A DNA stretch of 33,493 nucleotides. It comes from Candidatus Heimdallarchaeota archaeon (lineage in GTDB: Archaea > Asgardarchaeota > Heimdallarchaeia > Heimdallarchaeales > Heimdallarchaeaceae). Numbering within the stretch: position 1 is the first letter of the stretch; every line of letters starts with the position of its first letter. This document shows, piece after piece, positions 19,249 to 29,114 of this stretch. The notes beneath the pieces are model-generated. The model had not been told where the DNA came from. It saw nothing but the letters and a program-made list of their open reading frames with translations, and ran no database searches. The position numbers and the translations under genes are program-made. The DNA lies in the NCBI GenBank assembly GCA_021399395.1, contig JAAFKJ010000023.1:1-33493 (forward strand), written 5' to 3'.

Positions 19249-20274
19249 ATGATATATGAATCGGAACATAAAGGTGCAAAGATGAGAATGAAGAAGAAAG
19301 TTGGTATTCCCAGAGCTTTACTCTATTACAAATTCGAGGCTTTATGGACAACTTTTTTTAAAGAACTTGGAGCGACAGTTATCATTTCTCCAGATACAAA
19401 TAAGACAATCAAGGATTTAGCAGTTAGATATGCACCCGATGAAGATTGTTATTCAACAAAATTGTATTTTGGACACGCTATATTTCTAAAAGATAAAGTA
19501 GATTACTTCTTCATACCTAGATTCGGAAGTGATCATGAAGTCAACGTTGGTTGCCCGAAATTCATAGGTCTTGCTCAAGTTTTGGATTCTCTTTTCCCTG
19601 ATTTTCCTGAAATAATTATGCCTTATTATTCAAAAGCAAAAGCAAATCATGGCAAGAGAAGACTCATTAGAATTATCTTCGAAATTGGATTCAAGTTTAC
19701 TTTAAATCCCGTTAAGATTCTAAGAGCTGCAAGAAGAGCAATAAAAGCTCATCGTGAACATGAAAAGAATTTGTATATATCTGAGAGTAAATTAGAAAAA
19801 TGGTTGCAATCTAAAGTATCTCTCAATATAAAACCAAATTTGGGTAACAGAAACGAACCTTTGAAAATTGCTTTGGTAGGACATCGATATTTATTGAATG
19901 ATAACTTATCTAACCTAAATATCAAAGAGAGTTTAGCAGAGAAGGGTGTAGATGTTATTACTTCAGAACAAATGCCTAGAAGATTAATAGAAGATCAAAT
20001 GAACAAACTTGATTATAATATGTATTTTGATTATGTAAGAGAACTTTTAGGGACTATAATGTATTTTCAGGAAAATAATATAATTGATGGAATATTACAG
20101 CTAGCAGTCTTTAGTTGTGGTCCTGATTCAATTATCCTGGAATTAGCATCAAGATATTCACAACGAACATCAGGACCTCCTTTATTACAGCTGGTGATAG
20201 ATGAACTAACATCCGAAGTAGGGTTTAGTACTCGCTTGGAAGCATTTCTTGATATGATTGAAAGGAGAAATTAA
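19249..20274 (+). CDS. Acyl-CoA dehydratase activase-related protein (DUF2229-type reductase subunit)
   Basis: VGIPRALLYY, EDCYSTKLYFGH, GCPKFIGL, FSCGPDS, DELTSEVGFSTRLEAFLD. True start may be MRMKKK slightly downstream. Confidence 0.85.
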   Translation: MIYESEHKGAKMRMKKKVGIPRALLYYKFEALWTTFFKELGATVIISPDTNKTIKDLAVRYAPDEDCYSTKLYFGHAIFLKDKVDYFFIPRFGSDHEVNVGCPKFIGLAQVLDSLFPDFPEIIMPYYSKAKANHGKRRLIRIIFEIGFKFTLNPVKILRAARRAIKAHREHEKNLYISESKLEKWLQSKVSLNIKPNLGNRNEPLKIALVGHRYLLNDNLSNLNIKESLAEKGVDVITSEQMPRRLIEDQMNKLDYNMYFDYVRELLGTIMYFQENNIIDGILQLAVFSCGPDSIILELASRYSQRTSGPPLLQLVIDELTSEVGFSTRLEAFLDMIERRN

Positions 20275-20275
20275 G

Positions 20276-21373
20276 ATGCCATTTACGTATCCACACTTTG
20301 GTTCATTGACTTATGTCTTCGAGATACTTCTTACAGAGCTTGGTAGAACTGACATTATGCTACCAAAAGAACCAAGCAGAAAAACATCTGAACTTGGATC
20401 TCGTTATTCACCAGAATTTGTTTGTACACCTTTCAAATTAACTCTTGGAACATTTATAGAAATGTTAGAACTGGGTGCTGATCAACTTGGAATAGGAGGA
20501 GGAAATATGTACTGTCGATTTGGTCTCTACTGGCCTGTTCAGAGACTAATTTTGGAAGATTTGGGATATGACTTTGAGTTCTATCCAATTCCTATTTTTG
20601 ATAAACCATTAAACCTTGTTAAATCTCTACAAGCAGTAGGTAATAATTGTACAGTTTGGGAAACAATTAAAGCTTTTAGAACAACATGGATAAAAACGAG
20701 ATATATAGAATTAGTAGATGAGCTTCACTTCAAATACCGGGCATTAGAATTGGAGCCAAATCAAGCAGATAGATTAGTTAAGAAATTGCATAGAGAAATA
20801 GTTGAGATTAAAGGTTTGGGGAATCTGAGACGATTAGGGAAGCAGATTCCAGAGAAATTTGAAAATACGATTGAGATTGATAAAGAAAAAAGGAAAAATG
20901 CCATTAGAATTGGAGTATGTGGAGAAATTTATGTTGCATTAGAACCTGTATTAAATTTAGATGTTCATAGAAAACTGAATGATTTAGGAGTAATTACAAC
21001 TAACTGTGTTTCTTTTGGAATGCTTATAGATTTTGGACGTAAGATCAACCCATTTATTAGACTACCATATCAGAAAGCTCGAAAAGCTGCAAAACCATAC
21101 ATTGGACAAAGGTGTGGAGGGGAAACACAAGAAAATATAGGGGACATAATTCTATACAAGAAGAAAAATTGGGATGGACTTGTTCATCTCTATCCTTTTA
21201 CTTGTATGCCAGAGATTATTACTCGAAGTATAGCTCCTGAAGTTAGCAAGAAGTACGATATGCCTTTCTTATCTCTAGTTATTGATGAACATACTGGAGA
21301 AACAGGATATCTAACAAGATTAGAAGCTTTTGTAGATTTACTAAGAAGGAAGAAAGAAAAAATGATTGGTTAG
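20276..21373 (+). CDS. 2-hydroxyacyl-CoA dehydratase-like subunit (PlsR-like)
   Basis: SPEFVCTPFKLTLG, CRFGLY, GEIYV, GGETQE, PFTCMPE, DEHTGETGYLTRLEAFVDLL. ATG 20276 directly follows the partner's stop. Confidence 0.85.
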   Translation: MPFTYPHFGSLTYVFEILLTELGRTDIMLPKEPSRKTSELGSRYSPEFVCTPFKLTLGTFIEMLELGADQLGIGGGNMYCRFGLYWPVQRLILEDLGYDFEFYPIPIFDKPLNLVKSLQAVGNNCTVWETIKAFRTTWIKTRYIELVDELHFKYRALELEPNQADRLVKKLHREIVEIKGLGNLRRLGKQIPEKFENTIEIDKEKRKNAIRIGVCGEIYVALEPVLNLDVHRKLNDLGVITTNCVSFGMLIDFGRKINPFIRLPYQKARKAAKPYIGQRCGGETQENIGDIILYKKKNWDGLVHLYPFTCMPEIITRSIAPEVSKKYDMPFLSLVIDEHTGETGYLTRLEAFVDLLRRKKEKMIG

Positions 21374-21386
21374 AAGAAATGCATTG

Positions 21387-22544
21387 TTAGGAGATAGTAT
21401 CGAGAATCTCTTTCCATTCTCCTTTATCATGCAAAGAACTTAGAAGCTCATCTTCTTCTAACATTTTTTTGTTCTTGAAACCATGCTCTAATGCCTTTCT
21501 CAATGTTTTGAAAGAATTAGTAATATCGGTGTTTGCAGCGTAATAAGTTGCTAATCTAAAAATAAATACATTAAGGGGAAATTCATCGCGTATAACCACA
21601 ACTTCTTCGAACTCAGGATCTTTATCCTCAATCGCTTTGAGGACCAGTTCATAATAATCTATAGCTTTCTCATATCTCTTCATGCTTGCTTGAGTAAATC
21701 CATGTACAATCCAGTTGTCGATTTTATTAAAGAAACAACCTGCCTTAATGTAAGGGGTGTGAATCTCAAACCCTATTTTTTCAGCCGTCTTGCATGAGCC
21801 TACATTACCAACACTACAATTCCAACCCACAGATTTGTATTTAGTTAAAGAATATTCTGCTGCAGCTGAACCAACAATAGAAGCAAATCCTTTATTCTGA
21901 AACTCTGATTTTGTAGCTATTCCCACTTCAATTTCGTTATCTTCTGTTAAGTATTCAAGCGTACACCAGCTGACTATCTCTTCGTTATTTCTTAGTAGGT
22001 AAAATCCTCTTATTTCATTTAGATATTCTTCAAAAGGAACCCAATTTTCTTCAATTTCTTCTATTAGCCAATCATAGTTGACTAGATGTTTTTTTTCTAG
22101 CAAAGAGAGATCAACTGGTTCTAATGAATAGTTTTCAGGGATTAAATCACGCCAGTTTTCTAACTTAATTTTCTTGATTTCATAATAGTATCTGTCATAG
22201 AAAAAAGGCTCTTTGAGCACATTTTTCACACCTTCTAACCACTCATCATTTGCAAAGTAGCAATCTACTTCATGCTGATTTTTATTCAAATATTCTTTGA
22301 TGAGATCTTCATAAAGAAATCTACGAAATTCGGAGTTGAATTTTTCATTATCAGCTTTGCCCCCAAAGAAAAGTCTAGGAAAACCATAAATTATAGCTGT
22401 TTGAGGATTTTCTAGATTATCAACGAAAACTTTTTTCTCGATTGGTGTACGTTCTAGGTGGCTTCTGAAAATATTGAGATAAGATTTATCTTTAAACAAG
22501 TGCTTGACATCAAGATAGTTTTCCTTAGGGAGTTCAAGAAACAT
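21387..22544 (-). CDS. GNAT acetyltransferase with C-terminal TPR-like helices
   Basis: IVSWC, EVGIATKSEFQNKGFAS, NVGSCKTAEKIGF; tail FRLATYYA...LRKALEHGF...DELLSSL. Start placed at ATG 22544. Confidence 0.85.
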   Translation of the reverse strand: MFLELPKENYLDVKHLFKDKSYLNIFRSHLERTPIEKKVFVDNLENPQTAIIYGFPRLFFGGKADNEKFNSEFRRFLYEDLIKEYLNKNQHEVDCYFANDEWLEGVKNVLKEPFFYDRYYYEIKKIKLENWRDLIPENYSLEPVDLSLLEKKHLVNYDWLIEEIEENWVPFEEYLNEIRGFYLLRNNEEIVSWCTLEYLTEDNEIEVGIATKSEFQNKGFASIVGSAAAEYSLTKYKSVGWNCSVGNVGSCKTAEKIGFEIHTPYIKAGCFFNKIDNWIVHGFTQASMKRYEKAIDYYELVLKAIEDKDPEFEEVVVIRDEFPLNVFIFRLATYYAANTDITNSFKTLRKALEHGFKNKKMLEEDELLSSLHDKGEWKEILDTIS

Positions 22545-22595
22545 GCAAATCACATCAAATGAATTTAGAAGAGTTATAAATTTATTTAGAAGAGT

Positions 22596-23294
22596 TTACA
22601 CAAAATCTGTCATTTGCTTCTGGATATACTTTGTGTAAGTATCTCCTCTTTTTACCCACTCAACACCTTTTTCTTTCTCTGGTGTTGCAGGAATGCCTTT
22701 CAAGTCCCTCTTAATTATAGATTTAATTTCCCCATAACCTTGATAGGAATAACCAAATGATTCAACTATTTCGCACGCAGCTGCTCTGATTTCCGGTTCA
22801 TTGTAATGTAAAGCTGCAGTAAGTGGACCAATTGCGAAGGAATCTTTCAAATCCCTCAATGCATTTAACAAGAATTTAACAGCAGGTTTCCCTATCTTCT
22901 CTAAAGCATAAACTGCATACTCTCTAACTATTTCATCTTCTTCTTCATCTTTGAGAGTAGCAATTAATGGTTCAATAGCACTCGGATTACCGATTTTTCC
23001 AAGTGTTTCCACTGCACATACACGAACTATACTTTGAGAATTGCCCAATTCAGCAACTAGAGATGGAACAGCTTTCCCCCCGAATTTTCTAAGAGCTGTA
23101 GATGCTGCAAATCGGATGTCTTTATCTTCATCTTTCATCGCAATAATTAATGGGTCAATAACAGGTTCTCCAATTTTAACTAGAGCGTTCATGGTTTGAG
23201 AGATAATTCTGGTGTTCTTATCTCTTAAATCTGTGATAAGAGAACGAATATCTCCAGAATGTTCGAACTTCTCAATATATTTCTCAACACTCAT
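22596..23294 (-). CDS. HEAT-repeat (PBS lyase-like) protein
   Basis: Repeats such as LIIAMKDEDKDIRFAASTALRKFG and VRVCAVETLGKIGNPSAIEPLIATLKD. Likely start MSVEKY at 23294. Confidence 0.88.
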   Translation of the reverse strand: MSVEKYIEKFEHSGDIRSLITDLRDKNTRIISQTMNALVKIGEPVIDPLIIAMKDEDKDIRFAASTALRKFGGKAVPSLVAELGNSQSIVRVCAVETLGKIGNPSAIEPLIATLKDEEEDEIVREYAVYALEKIGKPAVKFLLNALRDLKDSFAIGPLTAALHYNEPEIRAAACEIVESFGYSYQGYGEIKSIIKRDLKGIPATPEKEKGVEWVKRGDTYTKYIQKQMTDFV

Positions 23295-23448
23295 AGCTAA
23301 TCTTACTCGGGATAGATTTGAACCAAACAAGATTAAGGTTTTTGTATTACATATATAAAGAGATTCCCTCACCATGTGAAAAATACCGATTTTTGGGTAA
23401 ATTTTTTTAACCAACAGATGAATATAGATAAACTGGAGCTATAATTCT

Positions 23449-25758
23449 ATGAATTCATCTTTTAATGAATCATTTCAAAATATCGATCTCCTAATCAAAC
23501 AAGGAAGATTTAGCGATGCTGAAAAGAAGATAGAAGAAGCAAAGGAATCCATAGAACTTACAGTTAAGCAAAACCTCTCTCTCAATAATCTTAAACTAAC
23601 ATTGCTTGCTTCCCAAAAACGGCTTGATGAATCATTGGAGTTGGCAGATCAGATAATTGAAGAGGGCGAAAACCACAATGAAGATTTAGAAAAAATAGAT
23701 GCTCTGCTAGAAAAAGCATATGTTTATTTTCATATGAGATCAAGTGAAGAATGTAGTTCGACGTTGAAATTAGTCTCCAAAAACATTAAACGATTTGGAA
23801 AAGTAGATCAAGACGCTATCAATAAAAGAAAGGCAAGATTGGAAAGTGTATCAGGATGGTTAATGCTTCTAGAAGAGAAGCACATTGAAGCTCTAGAACA
23901 CTTCAAGAACAGCTTAGAAATCTACAAGCAATTTAATGATCAATATCTGATAGCTAATGCTCTCAAAGAAATTGGTCTAGCTTTCTTCTATCTAGGTAAT
24001 TTTGAAGAAACCCTGAATTATGCAGATTTGAGTATCGAGCTTCTTCAGGATTTGAAACTGGACTATGCACAAGCTAGTATCTATGACCTTATAGCTGGAA
24101 TACATTATAATCAAGGTTCTCTAAGTCAAGCGTTGGAATTAGCTGGAAAAAGCTTAGCCCTCTATGAATCATTAGAAAATAAATTGAAAGTTGCGGAAGT
24201 TACTCAACGTATAGGTTATATCTATAAGATGGCTGGTGATGCTTCAAAAGCGATGGAAAATTTTCTCAAAAGTAAGGAGAAATATGAAGAACTAAAATTA
24301 TACCAACATACCGCAAAAATAATGGTAGATATCTCTGAAATATTCCGAGAAAGGGGAGAGTATGATAAAGCTCTAGAACTTCTGAACATTTATTATAATA
24401 ATAAAAAAGAACTTAAAGATGAACCATGTCTTGCTATAGCTCATAGCTATTTCGGGTCAACATATGCGTCTATAGGGGAATTAGAAGAAGCAGAGAAACA
24501 CCTAAACGATTCTCTAAAAATCTCAAAAAAATTGAACTACAAAGAGGTAATCAGTCTTTCAAGTTATTTATTGGGTAATTTACACAGTCAAAAAGGAGAG
24601 TTGGAAGAAGCAATTCAGCATCATATCCTTGGTTTGAAACTAAGAGAAGAACTTGGAAAAACCTACTTAATAGCTCAATCGATAAAAAGCATAATCCTTC
24701 TCTATATTGAGTTAGATATAAGGAACATAGCTGAAGAATATCTCAACAGATTTCGAGAGTTAGAAGAATCTACTGATAATATCAGAATCAAGCATAGATT
24801 TCAAATAGCTAATGCAATCTTTCTAAAAACAAGTGAAAGCAGAAGAAATAGAAGCAAAGCTGAAGCACTTCTAGAACAAATAACAACTGAAGATAAAATT
24901 AATCCTGAAATCACAATTGAAGCTTTGCTTAATTTGTGTGATCTCTACCTTCGAGAATTGAATGAGACAGATTTAGAAAACGAAGAAAAAGAGATATTAG
25001 CTGATCTTAAAATTGCGGTGGATCGGCTAATGGAATTAGCAAGGAAACAAGAATCATACTCATTAATAGTAGAAGTATCAATGTTTCAAGCAGTTCTATC
25101 ATTGTTTGAACTGAAGATTGATGTTGCTAAAATAACTCTGTCAAAAGCTCTACAATTGGCTCAAGAGAAAGGTATGAAGAAGTTGGCTGCTAAAGTTTCT
25201 AATGAGCTTGATCATATTCTGGAACAACTTGAATCTTGGGAACATTTCACTATGCGCCTACCTTCTATTGCTGAGAGATTAGAATTAACTCATATTGAAG
25301 AAAAACTATATAATATCATCAGAAACAGAACAATCGTAGGACCAGGTGTTGATATTGAAGAAGAGATCCCAATACTTTTCATTATTCTTTCTGCAGAAGG
25401 AACTATTATTTTCTCAGAGCAATTTGATGAAACGTTAATTCAGGAGACTATGGAAACAACTTTAGTTGAAATCAGGAAGATACTCCAAAGTGAGGATATT
25501 GAAGATTTAAGAAGATTTAAAGTAGAAGAATATACATGTCTCTTGAAGAAACAAAAAGAATTCTTAATCTTCTATTTGTATATCGGTAAATCGTATTCAG
25601 GAATACAGAAAATTGATAATTTTGTAAAACTTCTCAAGAAGAGAAGTAAACTAAGAAATCTTATAGAAGAAACAATCAGCTCTGAAACAACACTAAGTTA
25701 TCAAGATAGATTAGATATTACCAAAAGTGTTGATGAGATATTTTTGAGAAAAAAATAA
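23449..25758 (+). CDS. TPR-repeat protein with divergent C-terminal longin-like domain (paralog of 5071-7149)
   Basis: About 40-aa repeats. Shared linker AQEKGMKKLAAKVSNELD..L.QL..W...IAERLEL; EEIPILFIILSAEG...YIGKSYSGIQKI. Confidence 0.8.
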   Translation: MNSSFNESFQNIDLLIKQGRFSDAEKKIEEAKESIELTVKQNLSLNNLKLTLLASQKRLDESLELADQIIEEGENHNEDLEKIDALLEKAYVYFHMRSSEECSSTLKLVSKNIKRFGKVDQDAINKRKARLESVSGWLMLLEEKHIEALEHFKNSLEIYKQFNDQYLIANALKEIGLAFFYLGNFEETLNYADLSIELLQDLKLDYAQASIYDLIAGIHYNQGSLSQALELAGKSLALYESLENKLKVAEVTQRIGYIYKMAGDASKAMENFLKSKEKYEELKLYQHTAKIMVDISEIFRERGEYDKALELLNIYYNNKKELKDEPCLAIAHSYFGSTYASIGELEEAEKHLNDSLKISKKLNYKEVISLSSYLLGNLHSQKGELEEAIQHHILGLKLREELGKTYLIAQSIKSIILLYIELDIRNIAEEYLNRFRELEESTDNIRIKHRFQIANAIFLKTSESRRNRSKAEALLEQITTEDKINPEITIEALLNLCDLYLRELNETDLENEEKEILADLKIAVDRLMELARKQESYSLIVEVSMFQAVLSLFELKIDVAKITLSKALQLAQEKGMKKLAAKVSNELDHILEQLESWEHFTMRLPSIAERLELTHIEEKLYNIIRNRTIVGPGVDIEEEIPILFIILSAEGTIIFSEQFDETLIQETMETTLVEIRKILQSEDIEDLRRFKVEEYTCLLKKQKEFLIFYLYIGKSYSGIQKIDNFVKLLKKRSKLRNLIEETISSETTLSYQDRLDITKSVDEIFLRKK

Positions 25759-25774
25759 AGGAGAGGAATTTGCT

Positions 25775-26671
25775 CTAGAATATTTTTCTATATATCCGTT
25801 TGAAAATTGTTTTTCCTTTTATTGGAATTCCAAGTATACCAATGGCTAGAATAATTCCTCCTATTCCTAAATTAGCTGTACTTTCTTCACACTCTGTACA
25901 CACTTCACACTCTTCTTGTTGAACACAGCCTATACAATCTACGTCTATACCAGTAACATCTATTCCAACAAATGTCTCAAGTCCTTCTCCATTTATAGCA
26001 TAGACAACAAGTAATTCGTTTTCAAAAGTGAAGTTTGAGAACTCTATACCTGATTCATAATCATATACAATTGGATTGATACTTCCACATTGAGTTAGAC
26101 AACTTGCATCAAAGTCGATTATCGGTGCAGTGGTGTCAGCTTGGTTAATTGTAATAGGATCAGTTTCCAATTGACTGTTCTTTACAGAAAGTGGTAAAGG
26201 TCCTGGGCCCCAACAATCGGCAGTTTGACATAGTCCTAAAGTCGAATAAACAATTCCACCAAAAGAACTACCTCCCTCAGCAGCAATTTCATTATGTTCT
26301 TCTCCTTCTACTAACTCACTTGTTGGGATGTCAACTGTGTAAGTATTAGTATCGGGATCAGCTATCGCGTTAAGAGAGAATGGTACAGACGAATTATATA
26401 GAACACTTGTGAATACACCTAGTTTTTCCACACCGTTCAACCAGACTGTTGCATTATCAAGATTATAGTATGCATCCCAAACAACTACTGTAATGATATT
26501 ACTGCCTATCATTCCACTTAAATCGAAAAGTATTGAGGGGGTGCCATTAATTGCATTAAGCGTTGGTAGATTAACTGGTGTTTGTACAGCTGCTTGAGTC
26601 GAGGTTTGTGATGATGTAACTAAACCCAAAGTAAGTATAATTATTCCTAAAAACAAAGCAGTTTTTTTCAT
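25775..26671 (-). CDS. Secreted/surface protein with Cys-rich stalk and C-terminal membrane anchor
   Basis: Signal peptide MKKTALFLGIIILTLGLV; CIGCVQQEECEVCTECEES precedes a hydrophobic segment and basic tail. Confidence 0.75.
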   Translation of the reverse strand: MKKTALFLGIIILTLGLVTSSQTSTQAAVQTPVNLPTLNAINGTPSILFDLSGMIGSNIITVVVWDAYYNLDNATVWLNGVEKLGVFTSVLYNSSVPFSLNAIADPDTNTYTVDIPTSELVEGEEHNEIAAEGGSSFGGIVYSTLGLCQTADCWGPGPLPLSVKNSQLETDPITINQADTTAPIIDFDASCLTQCGSINPIVYDYESGIEFSNFTFENELLVVYAINGEGLETFVGIDVTGIDVDCIGCVQQEECEVCTECEESTANLGIGGIILAIGILGIPIKGKTIFKRIYRKIF

Positions 26672-26780
26672 ATCAAAGGTAAAAGGTGACTCGGCACTAC
26701 TTAAAGTTTATTCAAAAAATCGTTTAACCAGCATTTCTTCAATAAATTTTATATTCTGGACGGATAATTTCTGATAATAG

Positions 26781-27527
26781 ATGGTTTGTATGCATTCAGA
26801 CTTTGAAAGAATCTTTAACCAAGCTAGCACTCTTTACAACAAAGGCAGATTCTTAGATGCTATTAAAGAATTGAATGAATTGCTTTCTGTTTCCACGCTT
26901 AGAACAAAGGAAAAACTCGCTGTTAAATTTCTGAAAACACTCTCTTTAACTCAAGAGAAGGAGTATGAAGAAGCTTTAAAGCTTGCAGATTCTATTATAG
27001 AAGAGAGTCAAAATAATAAATTTGATCTTCAAACAGTCGATGGATTATTAGCTAAAGCTGCCATTGAAAATGACAGAAGAGAGATGAATAAGAGTATAAA
27101 ATTGATTAAAGATGCAGAAAAAATCCTAAGAAAAACTACAGAAGGAACCAAGGAGAGCGTAAGCATCAGACAAGCAAACCTACTGAAAATAAAGGGATGG
27201 AGCTTATTGTATGATAATAAAGTAAGTAAATCCCTTGATTGTTTTGAGACGAGAATAGATATCAGTAGAAAGTCTGCAGATAAATTTGGAATTGGTGAGG
27301 CTTTGAATGACACTGGAATTGCTCTGAATTTGCTAGGTGAGTATGAGATGGCTCTGAAATTTCACAAACAAGCTTTGAAAATATTTCAGGAGCTAGATTA
27401 CAGAAATCATATTGGTATGACATGTAAACACATTGCTGATATTTATCAAAATATGGGAGAAACTGAGAAAGCTTCTGAATTTGAAAGAATATACCAATCA
27501 ACACGGAATAAATTCAAAGATAATTAG
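26781..27527 (+). CDS. Short TPR-repeat protein
   Basis: ALNDTGIALNLLGEYEMALKFHKQAL and TCKHIADIYQNMGETEKA; N-terminus resembles the long TPR paralogs. Confidence 0.85.
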   Translation: MVCMHSDFERIFNQASTLYNKGRFLDAIKELNELLSVSTLRTKEKLAVKFLKTLSLTQEKEYEEALKLADSIIEESQNNKFDLQTVDGLLAKAAIENDRREMNKSIKLIKDAEKILRKTTEGTKESVSIRQANLLKIKGWSLLYDNKVSKSLDCFETRIDISRKSADKFGIGEALNDTGIALNLLGEYEMALKFHKQALKIFQELDYRNHIGMTCKHIADIYQNMGETEKASEFERIYQSTRNKFKDN

Positions 27528-28995
27528 CTCTTAGCTATAGCTAGTTTTATTGTAAATATGCTTCCCTTAGGTTCATTATCTGACACTGAAATAGAGCCCC
27601 CAAAAGATTCTAGAACCATTTTAACTAGATATAATCCCATCCCACTAACGCCTTTACCTGTACCTCTATATCCTTGTTGGAAAATAAGTTTTTTCTCCTC
27701 TTCGGAGATACCTTTACCATCATCTTTGATTTGTATCATAACATCACTATTTTCCTGAACTGCTTCTATTATGACTTTTACATCCTTACCTGCATGTTGA
27801 AATGCATTCTGAATAACATTAAAGATGACGGGATAGAGTAACCTATTTGCGTTTACTTTTACATCTTGTGGAAAGGAAACTATTTCAGTATTCTCAAATG
27901 AATCAGTAATATTTGAGACAAAATCTAATTCAATAGGTTGAATTGCTAAGGATTCTAGAAGCATAGATTCAGATTTCAAAGAATCCAATCTCTCAGCTAC
28001 AGTAGTAGTTCGATTAATGACTCTTTCAAGGAAATCTTTCTTACCTGTTTCTTGATACAGATCAATACCACTTTGAATCACAACTAGATCATTTAGCAAA
28101 TCGTGTCTGAGAAGAGAAGTAACTGTAACTAAATCTTTAGCAAAAACGTTCATATCTTCATAAAGAGATTGATATTGTCTTCTCTCTTGATCTATTTCAC
28201 TCACAGAAATTGGTTTCTCATATCTTTCGAAAATGGTAATCAAACCAGTGAGTAATAACGCATAGCTAATATTGAACATATAATCAGGAAAACTTCCGAT
28301 TATGTACATCTCACTTGCTAAGAAGTAACCTTTTAAAGCATCGGCAACAATTTTGAAAATCCATCCACTTCCAATCAGTAACCAAAAATAAGGTTTCTGA
28401 ATCTTCCATTGAAGAAACACAAAAGTAACAGTTATAGCAATAATATCTAGGTCAATTATCAAGATAGCCAGAGTAGTTATGAACAAAGAATATTGCTTAT
28501 TTGGAATAAAAACTTGACTGATTTTTTGAATTGCAGGAGAGAGTGCAAGAAGAGCAACTACAGTAACTAATAAACTTCCTAATTTGAATTGTCTTGAAAC
28601 GTGTTTTTGAGATACTCTAATTTGAGATACTAACAGAATATAGAGTGGTAACATAGCTACTACAGTAACTACTTGAATACTAATATCAAGAGCTACCAAA
28701 CTCTGCTCTGAAAATATCATTTCTCTTTCATTCATGATCAAGAAATGAGACAGAACTTCTGCAATAAAGAACAGAGATAGTGTAAGAGTAAAAGGTAACA
28801 AATATTTTCTATCCAACTTGTTTTTTTTTTTAGTAGAATAACAGCAACAACTACAGTCATGAGAAGAAATACACTCTTCAGAATAGGAACATATGAAGAA
28901 GTAACTTCAGGAGTGAAGAATAGTGGCAAAAAACAGAGAATAAGTGAAAAACCTCCTACCATTGAACTTAGGTTTTGTATCACATGTTCTCTCAT
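27524..28995 (-). CDS. Membrane sensor histidine kinase, split by a frameshift at an A11 tract (28821-28831)
   Basis: H-box LLRHDLLNDL, N-box NVIQNAFQH, G1 DDGKGI, G2 GMGLYLV. The upstream ORF (28738-29016) supplies two more TM helices and joins in the -1 frame at the tract. Start at 28995 is tentative. Confidence 0.85.
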
Positions 28996-29114
28996 ATATA
29001 CTAGAATCATCAACATTAGTTTTAACTTTAATCATGACTGCAACAAGCTACTAGATATTTGATATGCAAATGTTAATATTATCTCCAAGGAAATTCACAA
29101 CAGGGTCATCGTAA

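Noticed and set aside
19100-19250. Short palindromes (TTCAATTGAA, AAATATATTT) in the patB spacer
   Set aside because: Expected by chance in very AT-rich DNA.
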